Positions 1 through 9,000 of a stretch of 64,000 bases of DNA are shown piece by piece (positions within the stretch are counted from its first letter, which is position 1; each line of letters starts with the position of its first letter). The position numbers and the translations under genes are program-made. Under the pieces are notes generated by a model. That model was not told the DNA's origin. It made no database searches and saw only the letters and a program-made list of their open reading frames with translations. The DNA lies in contig JAZDHG010000009.1 of the NCBI GenBank assembly GCA_043806135.1, positions 430-64,429 on the forward strand, written 5' to 3'. The stretch is from Candidatus Omnitrophota bacterium. Its GTDB lineage: Bacteria > Omnitrophota > Gorgyraeia > B26-G9.

Positions 1-2
1 AA

Positions 3-929
3 AGTATTATCTTCCGTCAGGTCGTGACCACGGTTAGAAGCGATGTTGAATCCGGATCAAGTTTATCAGCTGCTTTAGAGAAGCATCCTAGAATATTTAC
101 GCTGCTGTATACAAATATGGTAAAAGCGGGTGAGACCAGCGGTATGCTGGATGAGATCCTGGACCGTCTTGCCGGTTATCTTGAAAAGAGCGGAAGTTTA
201 CAGCGTAAGGTTAAATCAGCTATGGTTTACCCTGCGGTTGTTTCTCTGATGGCATTAGGTATTACATTAGTTTTGCTCTTGAAAGTTATTCCCACATTCA
301 AAGAAATTTTTTCTACCTTAGGCGGGACACTGCCTTTGCCTACACAAATACTCATAGGAATATCAGACACTTTAAGACAGTATTTTTTAATTGCAGTTAT
401 AATTCTGGGGTTGATCGCAATCGGTGTTAGAAAATTGGTACAGACGACTAAAGGCAGAGCGAAATTTGACCAGCTTAAACTTAATTTACCTGTTTTTGGT
501 TCATTGCTGCGAAAGGTTGCAGTAGCGCGGTTTTCGCGTACATTATCCACATTGATCAGGAGCGGTGTGCCTATTTTAGGTGCTTTGGAGATCGTGGGCA
601 AGACTGCAGGCAATGTTGTCATCGAAGATGCTGTTGAAAAGGCGCGTATCGGAATCCGTGAGGGAGAAAGTATTTCATCTCCTCTTGCCAAGAGTAAAGC
701 TTTTCCGCCTATGGTCACACGAATGATTTCGGTGGGTGAGGAATCAGGTGAGCTGGAGAAGATGTTGACCAAGATAGCGGATTTTTATGAGGATCAGGTA
801 GATGCTGCGGTAAGCGGTCTGACCAGTTTAATTGAGCCTTTGATCATTGCCTTTTTGGGTATTGTTGTTGGCTCAATTGTAGTGGCCATGTTCCTTCCAA
901 TATTCAAAATCACTGAGCTTATTGGATAG
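3..929 (+). CDS. pilC: Type IV pilus / T2SS platform protein PilC/GspF, C-terminal part (5' end lies outside the window)
   Basis: 301-aa ORF that is open to the window start; shows the GspF-family repeat domain with three TM helices (sequence around ...AMVYPAVVSLMALGITLVLL... and the C-terminal ...IIAFLGIVVGSIVVAMFLPIF) and sits in a pilus gene context. Confidence 0.85.
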   Translation, partial: SIIFRQVVTTVRSDVESGSSLSAALEKHPRIFTLLYTNMVKAGETSGMLDEILDRLAGYLEKSGSLQRKVKSAMVYPAVVSLMALGITLVLLLKVIPTFKEIFSTLGGTLPLPTQILIGISDTLRQYFLIAVIILGLIAIGVRKLVQTTKGRAKFDQLKLNLPVFGSLLRKVAVARFSRTLSTLIRSGVPILGALEIVGKTAGNVVIEDAVEKARIGIREGESISSPLAKSKAFPPMVTRMISVGEESGELEKMLTKIADFYEDQVDAAVSGLTSLIEPLIIAFLGIVVGSIVVAMFLPIFKITELIG

Positions 930-985
930 ATATCTTAAGCTTTTGTTATTGCAATGATTAGAATAAAAATATACTTTTAAAAAGT

Positions 986-1014
986 ATTGACAAATGTTCG
1001 GGAGCAAGGTATAA
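986..1014 (+). promoter_or_regulatory. Consensus sigma70 promoter (TTGACA-N17-TATAAT) upstream of the pseudopilin operon
   Basis: TTGACA at 986-991, a 17-nt spacer, TATAAT at 1009-1014. Confidence 0.6.
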
Positions 1015-1136
1015 TTGTAGTAGAGGCAATATATCTAAATAATTTAGATTGCGCCCTTTTATCGAGAAAGGCAAACCCGTTGAAAAACGGGGGCCCCGTC
1101 AACGCCTAAGAAGTTTATATTACACGATAGGCTGCC

Positions 1137-1269
1137 GGGCCCGGTGAAATAAAGAAGCATGAAGCCGGGGCAAAGCCACGGGTCTAAAGGTTTTCCTGAA
1201 AAGACGGCCGGGTTACCGAAATAAAGGGAGAAAACCGATGATAGCCGAGCTACCGAAATAAAAGGTAGG
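1137..1269 (+). repeat. GC-rich intergenic block carrying three direct repeats of ACCGAAATAAAG, each lying in or beside a short hairpin
   Basis: cccggTGAAATAAAGaagcatgaagccggg (1139-1170); ttACCGAAATAAAGgg (1213-1228); ctaccGAAATAAAAggtagg (1250-1269). Local GC is far above the surrounding DNA. Confidence 0.5.
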
Positions 1270-1291
1270 TCGGTTTTTTGTCTTTAGAAGC

Positions 1292-1448
1292 CATCCTATA
1301 ACAGTGAAGTAGCGGATGTCTTGATTGCATAGATTAGAGAGGAGATTACAGTGATTATAGAGAAAGATTACTTAACTGAGAAAACAATCGCCTGCACTTA
1401 TAATGTGCATAGTGAACTTGACCCAGGATTTATACTAGGAGTGTGGAA
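1292..1448 (+). repeat. Degenerate copy of repeat family A: terminator-like hairpin, catagattag block, and a hairpin that ends in the SD
   Basis: catcctataacagtgaagtagcggatgtcttgatt... aligns with the 22585 and 57800 copies. The 3' end cccaggatttatactaggag supplies the SD for the ATG at 1449. The central ~130-nt domain of the full copies is missing here. Confidence 0.5.
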
Positions 1449-2111
1449 ATGAAAGGGAAAAAGGGATTTACCCCGTTAGAGAAAACCATTCGGCTTCGTT
1501 TAGGACAGGCCACCGATGAAGGCGGTAGTAAACACCTTACAGAAATCGCCTATGGTTTATCTTGTAAGAGGCCAAGGAGCTTAGGGGGGGCAATGCTGCT
1601 GTTTGCGCATATCGGCCGCCGCGTGAGAGAAAATTTTTCTAACAGTATAAAAAAACATAGTTCTCTAACGGGGTTTACTCTGGTAGAAATTCTTATATCA
1701 ACAGCTATAATGGCCATTGCGATCACTTCTACTTTGCAGATTTTGAACTATCTTCTGATGATGAATGAAACAAACGATGTTACTGTGCTATGTATGAATG
1801 AACTGCAGGGAAGGATAGATCAGGTTCGTAATACGCTTTATTCAGATGTAGTAGGTGTATATAACGGCAGGCAGTTTCAGATTGCTGAGTTGACTAATCG
1901 CGGTATACAGCATAGAGGGGTGTTTATTGCCAGTGAAATTGAGCCCTTATTTATAACTCGGGTAAAGGTAGTTGTTTGCTGGAGAAACAGAACAAGGATA
2001 ATCGGTGAGGATGTTAATTTTAACGGGGTGCTTGATGCAGGGGAAGATACTAACGGAAACGGAGAACTGGACTCTCCGATCATGATGGACGCGGCGGTTA
2101 TTGACAGATAA
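1449..2111 (+). CDS. Pseudopilin / minor pilin-like protein with an unusually long N-terminal region before the class III signal motif (SLTG|FTLVEIL)
   Basis: SD AGGAG sits 7 nt upstream of the ATG at 1449. The protein begins MKGKKGFTPLEK... and the canonical prepilin cleavage/methylation motif LTGFTLVEILISTAIMAIAITSTL appears about 80 residues in. The true start and processing are uncertain. Confidence 0.6.
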   Translation: MKGKKGFTPLEKTIRLRLGQATDEGGSKHLTEIAYGLSCKRPRSLGGAMLLFAHIGRRVRENFSNSIKKHSSLTGFTLVEILISTAIMAIAITSTLQILNYLLMMNETNDVTVLCMNELQGRIDQVRNTLYSDVVGVYNGRQFQIAELTNRGIQHRGVFIASEIEPLFITRVKVVVCWRNRTRIIGEDVNFNGVLDAGEDTNGNGELDSPIMMDAAVIDR

Positions 2112-2132
2112 ATTTTAAAGGAGAATTTTCAG

Positions 2133-2795
2133 ATGTTCAAGAAGAAATGCGCATATACGCTGGTGGAGCTTTTAGTGTCGCTGGCTATATTTTCAATTGT
2201 GATCGGTTCGTTGTTAACCATACTTATTTCACAGAATAATTTTTTCAGCAGAGCTTCAGCAAGAATGGACGTGGGCGTAACGGCGCGGAAAGTAATGGAT
2301 AATATGATCAAGGAACTAAGAAGTTCGAAGCTTGATGAAGTCATTATTTATAATATTCCTATGGATCAAGGAGGAGTTCTTGATTATACAGATGCTCTAA
2401 GCATTAACTTCCGGGTTCCGGTTGATTTCGATTCAGATGGCGATGTGTTTGATAATTTCGGCAGAATTGAATGGGGCACAGAGGAAGAACTTGACGGAAG
2501 CATAGAATACTTTTGGGACAGTGCTAATGACAGGGTAATTAGAAGATTGTGGGACTCGACAGGCGTTTCTAATTTCGAATCAGTGATTGCAGAAAATATT
2601 ACTGATTTTAGAATTAATGCGTTTTCCTATGCCGGCGGCGGTAACTTAGTGCCGGCTACTGTGAATCCAAACGATGCATTTGCCCCTGAAATCGTTACGA
2701 TCGCGGTTACGGCCCAAAGAGATACGGTTGGCGGAAGGGTATTAGCAGTGCCGCTGACTTATACATTGACTAATAGCGTTACATGGCGCAATTAA
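2133..2795 (+). CDS. Pseudopilin / minor pilin-like protein (atypical N-terminal motif KKKCAYTLVELLVSLAIFSIVIG)
   Basis: The N-terminus has a prepilin-like hydrophobic helix with a conserved Glu (YTLVEL). It lies in an operon with other pseudopilins. Confidence 0.55.
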   Translation: MFKKKCAYTLVELLVSLAIFSIVIGSLLTILISQNNFFSRASARMDVGVTARKVMDNMIKELRSSKLDEVIIYNIPMDQGGVLDYTDALSINFRVPVDFDSDGDVFDNFGRIEWGTEEELDGSIEYFWDSANDRVIRRLWDSTGVSNFESVIAENITDFRINAFSYAGGGNLVPATVNPNDAFAPEIVTIAVTAQRDTVGGRVLAVPLTYTLTNSVTWRN

Positions 2796-2828
2796 GAATT
2801 TGCAGATAAACTTCAAAGGAGGTGCACT

Positions 2829-5561
2829 GTGAAAGTGCTCAAAAATCAAAAGGGAACGATCCTGGTTGCTACCTATATTGTATTATCCGTTATTATTGTG
2901 GTTGCGAGTGCTTTTTTCACCTTGGTAGTAACCAATAACAAAGCTGTAGTTAAAGCAAATAACGGAGCAAGAGCGCTCAGCTATGCGGAAAAGGGAATTG
3001 CCTATGTTTATTTTGAATCCTATAATCTTGGCTGGGACTGGTATACGCATGAGTGGAATGGCGCGAAAAATAAGCTTATTAAAATCCCTGCAGCCGATAG
3101 ATTAAAATCCCGCGATGACTGTGAGTTTGATGATAGTACGGGTTTTTATGTTCATAACAGCGGAGAGTTTATGGTTAAGGCTTATCCTGATCTGGTTAGA
3201 GAGGATGACACAATTGTGGTTTCCATGGGCATATGCGCAGGAGAACGGAGAGTAATCATGTACTATCTTACCCGGCGGGGTATTTATGACTTTTTTGTCT
3301 TCTCTCCTTATAATCTTGATCTGTATGGAGCTGTAGGCAGGGACCCGAAAATGAACGGGGGAGGGATTCATTCTAACGGAGACATATCTGTGAGCACGTA
3401 TATGCGGCTTGAAGATGTATCTGAGCTGAGCGCAGGTGAAAACGGGAGCATCTATTATACCAGCAGCCAGTATGCAGCCCCATATTATGCGGATGTTCTG
3501 GACGGGGTTATGGACGGCAGGGCGCCGATAACAAGACTGGATAATCTTGCTAATCTCTTTCGTAATGACATTGTTGATCCGATGCAGTCAGGACCATTCG
3601 GTTATTATAATTCAGCTAAAGCATGGGGATGGAAATCATACGCTTATTATTTTGTGAGAGATAGTATGGGCTATTACCCGACTGACGCTTTCAGCAATAC
3701 GGATGCACACTTTACCGGCAGTGATAATAGCAGATTCAATATTAATCCCGGAGCCTGGGATGGAACCAGCGGTACGGTTAATAACTCGTCAGAGCCTCTG
3801 AATGTATATAATCTTTGGATAAAGCCTTATGAGCTGGATGAAGATGGTAATAAGATTGCACATGTCTGGGCCCAGATGCCGGCAGAGCTGGACGAGGAAT
3901 GGGCCTGGGATAAATATATCGGAAGTAGGAGTTCTTCTGAGCAGCCGACCAGTTTCTATACTTACAACAACAGCGGTACTGCGGTAGATGTGGCTAATAC
4001 CTACTGGGAGATTCTTGGCCCAAATAATGTGGTAATGCTAGACCCGCCTATCGGCGGCACAGCAGAAGAATGGGCGGCTTTTAATCTGGCCCATCCTTCA
4101 GCCAAGCAGTACTGGGATATGTATAAAGCTCCGGATTATTGGCAGGCTGTACGCGGGAACAGTTATTACGGTACATATCTAAATGAAGAGGCTATGGACG
4201 GAACTTATGGTAACGACAGGGCGATCAGTGAATATATTGATGTCAAGCATACCAACTCTATGAAGCAGCCCAGCGCATGGGAAGATTTTTTAAAGGACTC
4301 AGGGCTTGATGGCTTTGTACGTGACGGCAATACCGGAGGGGAATATCTTACCCCGCCGGATTTTGAGGAAAGCTATTCCAGACTGGCTGAAAAAGACGGC
4401 GTGATCATCAATCTTGACGCAGAATATAGTGGTGGTTTTGCAAATTATGATGAATGGCAGGCGGCCATGGAAAGAAGTATTGATATTGCCGTAGATATGT
4501 TTAATGACGGGAATTCGGAAAAGGGAATTGCCAAAAAAGTGGAGTTTATTAATACCTTTACAGGAAAATGGAACGTGGTTCTCGAGTTAGATCTGGAAAA
4601 AATGCAGCAATGGAGCAAATACCCGCATAATGGGATATTGTACACTAAAGTTCCTATAAGAATAACCAATGCCTCAGAACTTGCCAGGGCAAGGGAAAAA
4701 TACGGGTTTACAGTTTTGGGTGAGGAAAATATTTATTTGCAGGGTGATTATAATACGGTAGACTGGGTCACCAGCGCGATCATTTCCCAAAAACGTGTAT
4801 TTACTCTATCTGATGATTTTAATGACCCGCAGGTTGCGCCGGCACCGCAGAATTATCCGGATTATCCCTATATTTATGTCAAGGACAATGGAACCGGAAC
4901 TTTTGCGGAAGTTCCCTATGCCTCAGGCGGCGGAAGCTGGGTTTATTCAGGTTATCTTGATAACGATGGGGTTGTTGATATAATTGATTATTATCCGCAA
5001 ATTAATGACGCAAATGAAAGAAGCCTGCTTACAATAATCGGGCAGAAGAATACTAACTACCGCGCTGTGTTTAATAAAGATGACCCTACAGGAGCAGCTA
5101 CGGATACATGGACCTGGTCAGGAACAGGGGAGACGTATACATCAGGAATGATGGCCAATAAGGTAACTAAAAACCAAACCCTTAATTGTCTTATTGCCTC
5201 CAACCGCTGGCTGGGCAGCTATCAGAGCGATAAAGGCGATATCCTTGAGAGCTGGGGAGGATTCAACCGCATTTTTAACGGATCTTATTTTGTGCTTGAA
5301 TATGAAGGGTTTACAGCGGCAAATAGTGAATTTGTTGATTATAGCACCAGTAGTTTAGGATACAATAACCGCGGCAGAAGAATTAACAGTGATTTCTTTT
5401 GGGGTGCATATTATCTGTCCTCATATTATGCTAATGAGTCCATAGAATATGACGAGAGATTTAAAACAGCGACAAGGGCTCCTTCAGATGTCTTCTTCGG
5501 CGGAGCAGAGTCTCTTTGGGCTGAGGCAACAGAAGTGTTTTTCTATAAGACTGACTTTTAA
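2829..5561 (+). CDS. Giant (910 aa) GspK/PilX-like minor pseudopilin or pilus-tip/adhesin-like protein
   Basis: GTG start with an AAGGAGG SD. The N-terminus QKGTILVATYIVLSVIIVVASAFFTLVV resembles the GspK-type leader that lacks E5. The extracellular part is large, rich in Tyr/Trp/Asp/Gly, and has no recognisable enzyme motifs. Confidence 0.45.
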   Translation: MKVLKNQKGTILVATYIVLSVIIVVASAFFTLVVTNNKAVVKANNGARALSYAEKGIAYVYFESYNLGWDWYTHEWNGAKNKLIKIPAADRLKSRDDCEFDDSTGFYVHNSGEFMVKAYPDLVREDDTIVVSMGICAGERRVIMYYLTRRGIYDFFVFSPYNLDLYGAVGRDPKMNGGGIHSNGDISVSTYMRLEDVSELSAGENGSIYYTSSQYAAPYYADVLDGVMDGRAPITRLDNLANLFRNDIVDPMQSGPFGYYNSAKAWGWKSYAYYFVRDSMGYYPTDAFSNTDAHFTGSDNSRFNINPGAWDGTSGTVNNSSEPLNVYNLWIKPYELDEDGNKIAHVWAQMPAELDEEWAWDKYIGSRSSSEQPTSFYTYNNSGTAVDVANTYWEILGPNNVVMLDPPIGGTAEEWAAFNLAHPSAKQYWDMYKAPDYWQAVRGNSYYGTYLNEEAMDGTYGNDRAISEYIDVKHTNSMKQPSAWEDFLKDSGLDGFVRDGNTGGEYLTPPDFEESYSRLAEKDGVIINLDAEYSGGFANYDEWQAAMERSIDIAVDMFNDGNSEKGIAKKVEFINTFTGKWNVVLELDLEKMQQWSKYPHNGILYTKVPIRITNASELARAREKYGFTVLGEENIYLQGDYNTVDWVTSAIISQKRVFTLSDDFNDPQVAPAPQNYPDYPYIYVKDNGTGTFAEVPYASGGGSWVYSGYLDNDGVVDIIDYYPQINDANERSLLTIIGQKNTNYRAVFNKDDPTGAATDTWTWSGTGETYTSGMMANKVTKNQTLNCLIASNRWLGSYQSDKGDILESWGGFNRIFNGSYFVLEYEGFTAANSEFVDYSTSSLGYNNRGRRINSDFFWGAYYLSSYYANESIEYDERFKTATRAPSDVFFGGAESLWAEATEVFFYKTDF

Positions 5562-5582
5562 TAAATCAGGGGGGATTGATAC

Positions 5583-5972
5583 ATGGACACAAAAGTAAAA
5601 ATTACGATAATCACGGTTGCAGCCTTATTGCTTATTATAATCGGTACAAGCATCCATCAGACTTTAAGGCCCCAAAAAACCGGTGTTTTAGACAAGTTTG
5701 AATCTGACACCGTCAAAAGGCAATCTCAGAGTGAACACAAAGACGTCATAAGAGCAAATGTTCCCATAAGAAACAGCAGGTATTTTTTTCCTAACAGGGA
5801 TAAGCCGAAAGTAAAGGTGGATCCAACTGCTATGGACGAAAAGGTTGAACTTGCCGGTGAACAGGATAGGGGTATGCCGGATGAATTTGCCCCTGATACA
5901 GGTCCTGAAATGAAGAACGTGGATGAATTAAAACTCTGGGACGAGCTTTCCGGTGAAAATAAGGCAAAGTAG
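5583..5972 (+). CDS. Hypothetical single-pass membrane protein
   Basis: N-terminal TM helix (IITVAALLLIIIGTSI) followed by a charged C-terminal region; no recognisable domain. Confidence 0.4.
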   Translation: MDTKVKITIITVAALLLIIIGTSIHQTLRPQKTGVLDKFESDTVKRQSQSEHKDVIRANVPIRNSRYFFPNRDKPKVKVDPTAMDEKVELAGEQDRGMPDEFAPDTGPEMKNVDELKLWDELSGENKAK

Positions 5973-6052
5973 CAATCGCCTGAAAAGGCGCATGATTAAA
6001 AGTTTGCTTGAACAGCGGTAAAAATAAAGACAACTCAGGGGAATGAGAAGGT

Positions 6053-7375
6053 TTGACTTTTTCCCGTTCCTCTTTTATAATAACTGTAATGCTCATAGGT
6101 AGAGATTTCTTATACTCAATAATTTTTTTACGTTTTGCTCTTGCGACGGTTATTCTGATAATCAATACTACTCTTTTTGGATTAGCCCATACGCAGGTTT
6201 ATTTCCTGATATCTACTATTTATATTCTCACCATTTTATATTCATTGATGGCTTTAGTAAAGTTTTCCAACACGGCTTTTTTATACCTGCAGATCATCCT
6301 TGATCTGGTAATTGAGACACTGCTTATTCACTACACCGGCGGGGTAGATTCTGTGCTGGTTTTATTGCTGCCGCTTTCGACTATTGCTGCCGGTATCGTT
6401 ATCTCCGGGCGGGCTGCGATAATGATCGCTCTCATGGGCAGCGCAATGTACGCAGGTATTGTGAGCCTTGAATTCTGGGGAATAATTCCTTTACCGGAGG
6501 GGTTTCTAAATGATCTTAATCATGAGGGGTCTTATGTCTTTGCACTGCTCTATTTCCGTGTTACCGTGTTCTGCATCATCGGTTTCTTAAGCGCTTATAT
6601 TTCAGAACAGTTAAGCAGAAAAGACAAAGTGCTTATTTCTTTGCAGGAAAAACTTCGCCGAGAAGACAGACTTTATGCTATCGGAAAACTGGCGGCCAAT
6701 ACGGCGCATGAAATACGCAACCCGCTGGCCTCAATCTCCGGCTGTGTGGAAGCGTTAAACGAGAGCCTTGTTTTAGAAGGCAATAATGAAAAACTATTCA
6801 AGCTGATCATGAAAGAGACTACGCGCTTGAACGATATAATCAACGGGCTGCTTGAATATGTTAAACCGCGCAGGCTGCAGCTTGAAAGGGTAAACATCTC
6901 AAAGATTCTGGATGAGGTCATATTCCTGATTAAAAGCAGTAAGGATTTTAAAAAAGATATCTTAATAAAAAAAGAAGGGCAAGAAAATGGTTTGAGCGTG
7001 ATCTGTGATCCCCAACAGATCAAACAGGTTTTTTTTAACCTGCTTATTAATGCGGTTGAGGCGGTAGATGAAAATGGACGTATAGTTATAACCCAGGAGG
7101 TCAATTCTGACAAGGGTCAAATTGTGATAAGTTTCAGTGATAACGGAGAGGGGATTTCCCCGGATCGCATGGAATCTCTTTTTGAGCCTTTTTCCAGCGG
7201 CAAAGATACAGGTGTGGGATTGGGGCTGGCCATAGTTCTTAGCATAATAGAGGAGCATAAAGGCAATATTAATGTCGAAACTAAAAAGGGTAAGGGGACG
7301 AAGTTTTCCGTTTGCTTACCTTTAAATGAAAAAAATACAGGTGAGAGTGATGCAGGGAAAGATACTTTTAGTTGA
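6053..7375 (+). CDS. pilS: Sensor histidine kinase, PilS-like (multi-TM N-terminus plus HisKA/HATPase)
   Basis: About six N-terminal TM helices; H-box TAHEIRNPLASI; G1/G2 boxes (DNGEGISPD, GVGLGLAIV). Immediately followed by a sigma54-activator response regulator. Confidence 0.6.
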   Translation: MTFSRSSFIITVMLIGRDFLYSIIFLRFALATVILIINTTLFGLAHTQVYFLISTIYILTILYSLMALVKFSNTAFLYLQIILDLVIETLLIHYTGGVDSVLVLLLPLSTIAAGIVISGRAAIMIALMGSAMYAGIVSLEFWGIIPLPEGFLNDLNHEGSYVFALLYFRVTVFCIIGFLSAYISEQLSRKDKVLISLQEKLRREDRLYAIGKLAANTAHEIRNPLASISGCVEALNESLVLEGNNEKLFKLIMKETTRLNDIINGLLEYVKPRRLQLERVNISKILDEVIFLIKSSKDFKKDILIKKEGQENGLSVICDPQQIKQVFFNLLINAVEAVDENGRIVITQEVNSDKGQIVISFSDNGEGISPDRMESLFEPFSSGKDTGVGLGLAIVLSIIEEHKGNINVETKKGKGTKFSVCLPLNEKNTGESDAGKDTFS

Positions 7376-8702
7376 TGATGAAAAAGACTTGTTGGAGTGG
7401 CTGAGCGTTGTATTAGAAAAGGAAGGTTATTCTGTGCGCAGTACTGTTTCCGCAGAGGAGGCGCTTAAAATCTTCCGCGCGGAACAATTTGATATGATTA
7501 TTTCTGATATTAGAATGACACCTGTGAGCGGCATTGAACTTCTCAGACAGGTTAAAAACCATAATCCGGAAATCATTGTCTTGATGATAACCGCATATGC
7601 TTCTGTGGATACGGCGATTAAGGCGCTGCGGTACGGGGCATATGATTATCTGATCAAGCCTTTTAAACTTGATGACATCAAACTTGTGATCAAAAAAGCA
7701 TTTTCCCAAAAGAGAATTTTTACGGAAGATATAAATGTACAAAAAAAGCTGAAAGAGCGGTACCGTTTTGCTAATATTATCGGTAAAAGCGCTACCATGC
7801 AGAAAATATTCGATCTGATCGATAAAGTGGCCAAGACAAATACAACTGTCCTCATAAACGGAGAAAGCGGGACTGGAAAAGAGCTGATCGCCAAGGCATT
7901 GCATTTTAACAGTTTAAAAGCCAATAAGCCGTTTGTCTCGATTGACTGCGGGGCCTTGCCTGAAGATCTGCTTGAGAGCGAGTTATTCGGGCATGTGAAG
8001 GGGTCTTTTACCGGAGCTATTGCCACTAAACAGGGGTTATTTGAAGTTGCCAGCGGCGGTACCTTGTTTTTAGATGAAATAGGTGAGACATCTCAGGCTA
8101 TGCAGGCTAAGCTGTTGCGAGCTTTGCAGGAGCGGGAGATACGGCCGGTGGGGGCAACCAAAACAATTAAGATTGATGTCAGGATCATTGCCGCTACGAA
8201 CAGTAATCTGGAAGAAGAGGTTAAACGGGAAAACTTCAGAAAGGACCTTTTTTATCGTATAAGCGTAATCAGCTTATTTTTGCCGCGTCTTTCGGCTCGA
8301 AAAGAAGATATTGAGCTTCTGGTAAGTCACTTTCTGAAAAAATACCAGATCCCGGGCAGGCCTATGAAAACAATTTCGAAGGAATGTATGGACTTGTTCC
8401 TGGAGTATAATTGGCCGGGTAATGTCCGTGAATTGGAAAATGCAATGGAGAGCGCAGTAACCTTATCAGAGAATGATAAGATTACTGAGGCTGACTTACC
8501 TGAAAGAATAAAGAAAATGGCGCAGTCAGGTGAGTCTGAGAGTGTTGATGAGGAGTCACTTAAGGGCAAGGTTGAGCAGTTTGAAAAAGAATTGATCGCA
8601 AAAACAATGAAAGAAGTGGGTGGTAATAAGAATCTTGTTGCTAAAATTCTGAAGATGACCCGGAGAAATCTTGATTATAAGATCAAAAGATATGGACTGT
8701 GA
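7350..8702 (+). CDS. pilR: Sigma54-dependent response regulator (NtrC/PilR family: REC + AAA+ sigma54-interaction + Fis HTH)
   Basis: REC domain (LLVDDE...D), Walker A GESGTGKE, GAFTGA-type motif GSFTGA, ESELFGH, C-terminal HTH. A sigma54 promoter lies just downstream, in front of the pilins. Confidence 0.7.
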   Translation: MQGKILLVDDEKDLLEWLSVVLEKEGYSVRSTVSAEEALKIFRAEQFDMIISDIRMTPVSGIELLRQVKNHNPEIIVLMITAYASVDTAIKALRYGAYDYLIKPFKLDDIKLVIKKAFSQKRIFTEDINVQKKLKERYRFANIIGKSATMQKIFDLIDKVAKTNTTVLINGESGTGKELIAKALHFNSLKANKPFVSIDCGALPEDLLESELFGHVKGSFTGAIATKQGLFEVASGGTLFLDEIGETSQAMQAKLLRALQEREIRPVGATKTIKIDVRIIAATNSNLEEEVKRENFRKDLFYRISVISLFLPRLSARKEDIELLVSHFLKKYQIPGRPMKTISKECMDLFLEYNWPGNVRELENAMESAVTLSENDKITEADLPERIKKMAQSGESESVDEESLKGKVEQFEKELIAKTMKEVGGNKNLVAKILKMTRRNLDYKIKRYGL

Positions 8703-8982
8703 GGCAAGTTAAAAGTTAAAAGTAGATTAGCTGATGGCTCATAGCTCATGGGAAAAGCAAAAGAAACCGAAAGATGAAGGATGACCGCTGCGCTGGGAGG
8801 AAGGACGCAAAAGCAGTTATGAATGACTAATTATGAGTTACGAGTGAAAAAGGTGAGCGGTAGCGTTGCCCCCTCCACACGGCAAGGCGGGCAGGCGTTT
8901 CGTCTTACGGCAACGTGCATCGTTTTAAAAACAGACTAGTTTTAGCCGTAACCATTAAACGTAACCGATACGGGCTTCGCTA

Positions 8983-9000
8983 CCGTTAGACGTTACCGAA
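8983..9000 (+). promoter_or_regulatory. Candidate upstream activator motifs (CCGTTAGA + TTACCGAA) about 270 nt upstream of the sigma54 promoter
   Basis: ctaCCGTTAGAcgTTACCGAAtgtaaata carries the same two short motifs found in the pseudopilin loci upstream regions (1213-1260 and 1470-1483). Confidence 0.3.

Noticed and set aside
227-772. Minus-strand ORFs nested inside annotated + strand genes (e.g. 227-772, 6673-7113, 7413-7904, 52867-53133 and many others in the track)
   Set aside because: They are antisense to genes with clear motif-supported annotations, lack RBS or domain signatures, and are typical shadow ORFs.
1470-1673. Possibility that the pseudopilin inverted repeats form a Moraxella Piv-type invertible coding switch
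   Set aside because: I modelled inversion between the 14-nt inverted repeats. It places a stop codon 8 codons after the junction (…PLENYVFLYC*) and mis-frames the pseudopilin body, so it cannot be a productive coding switch.
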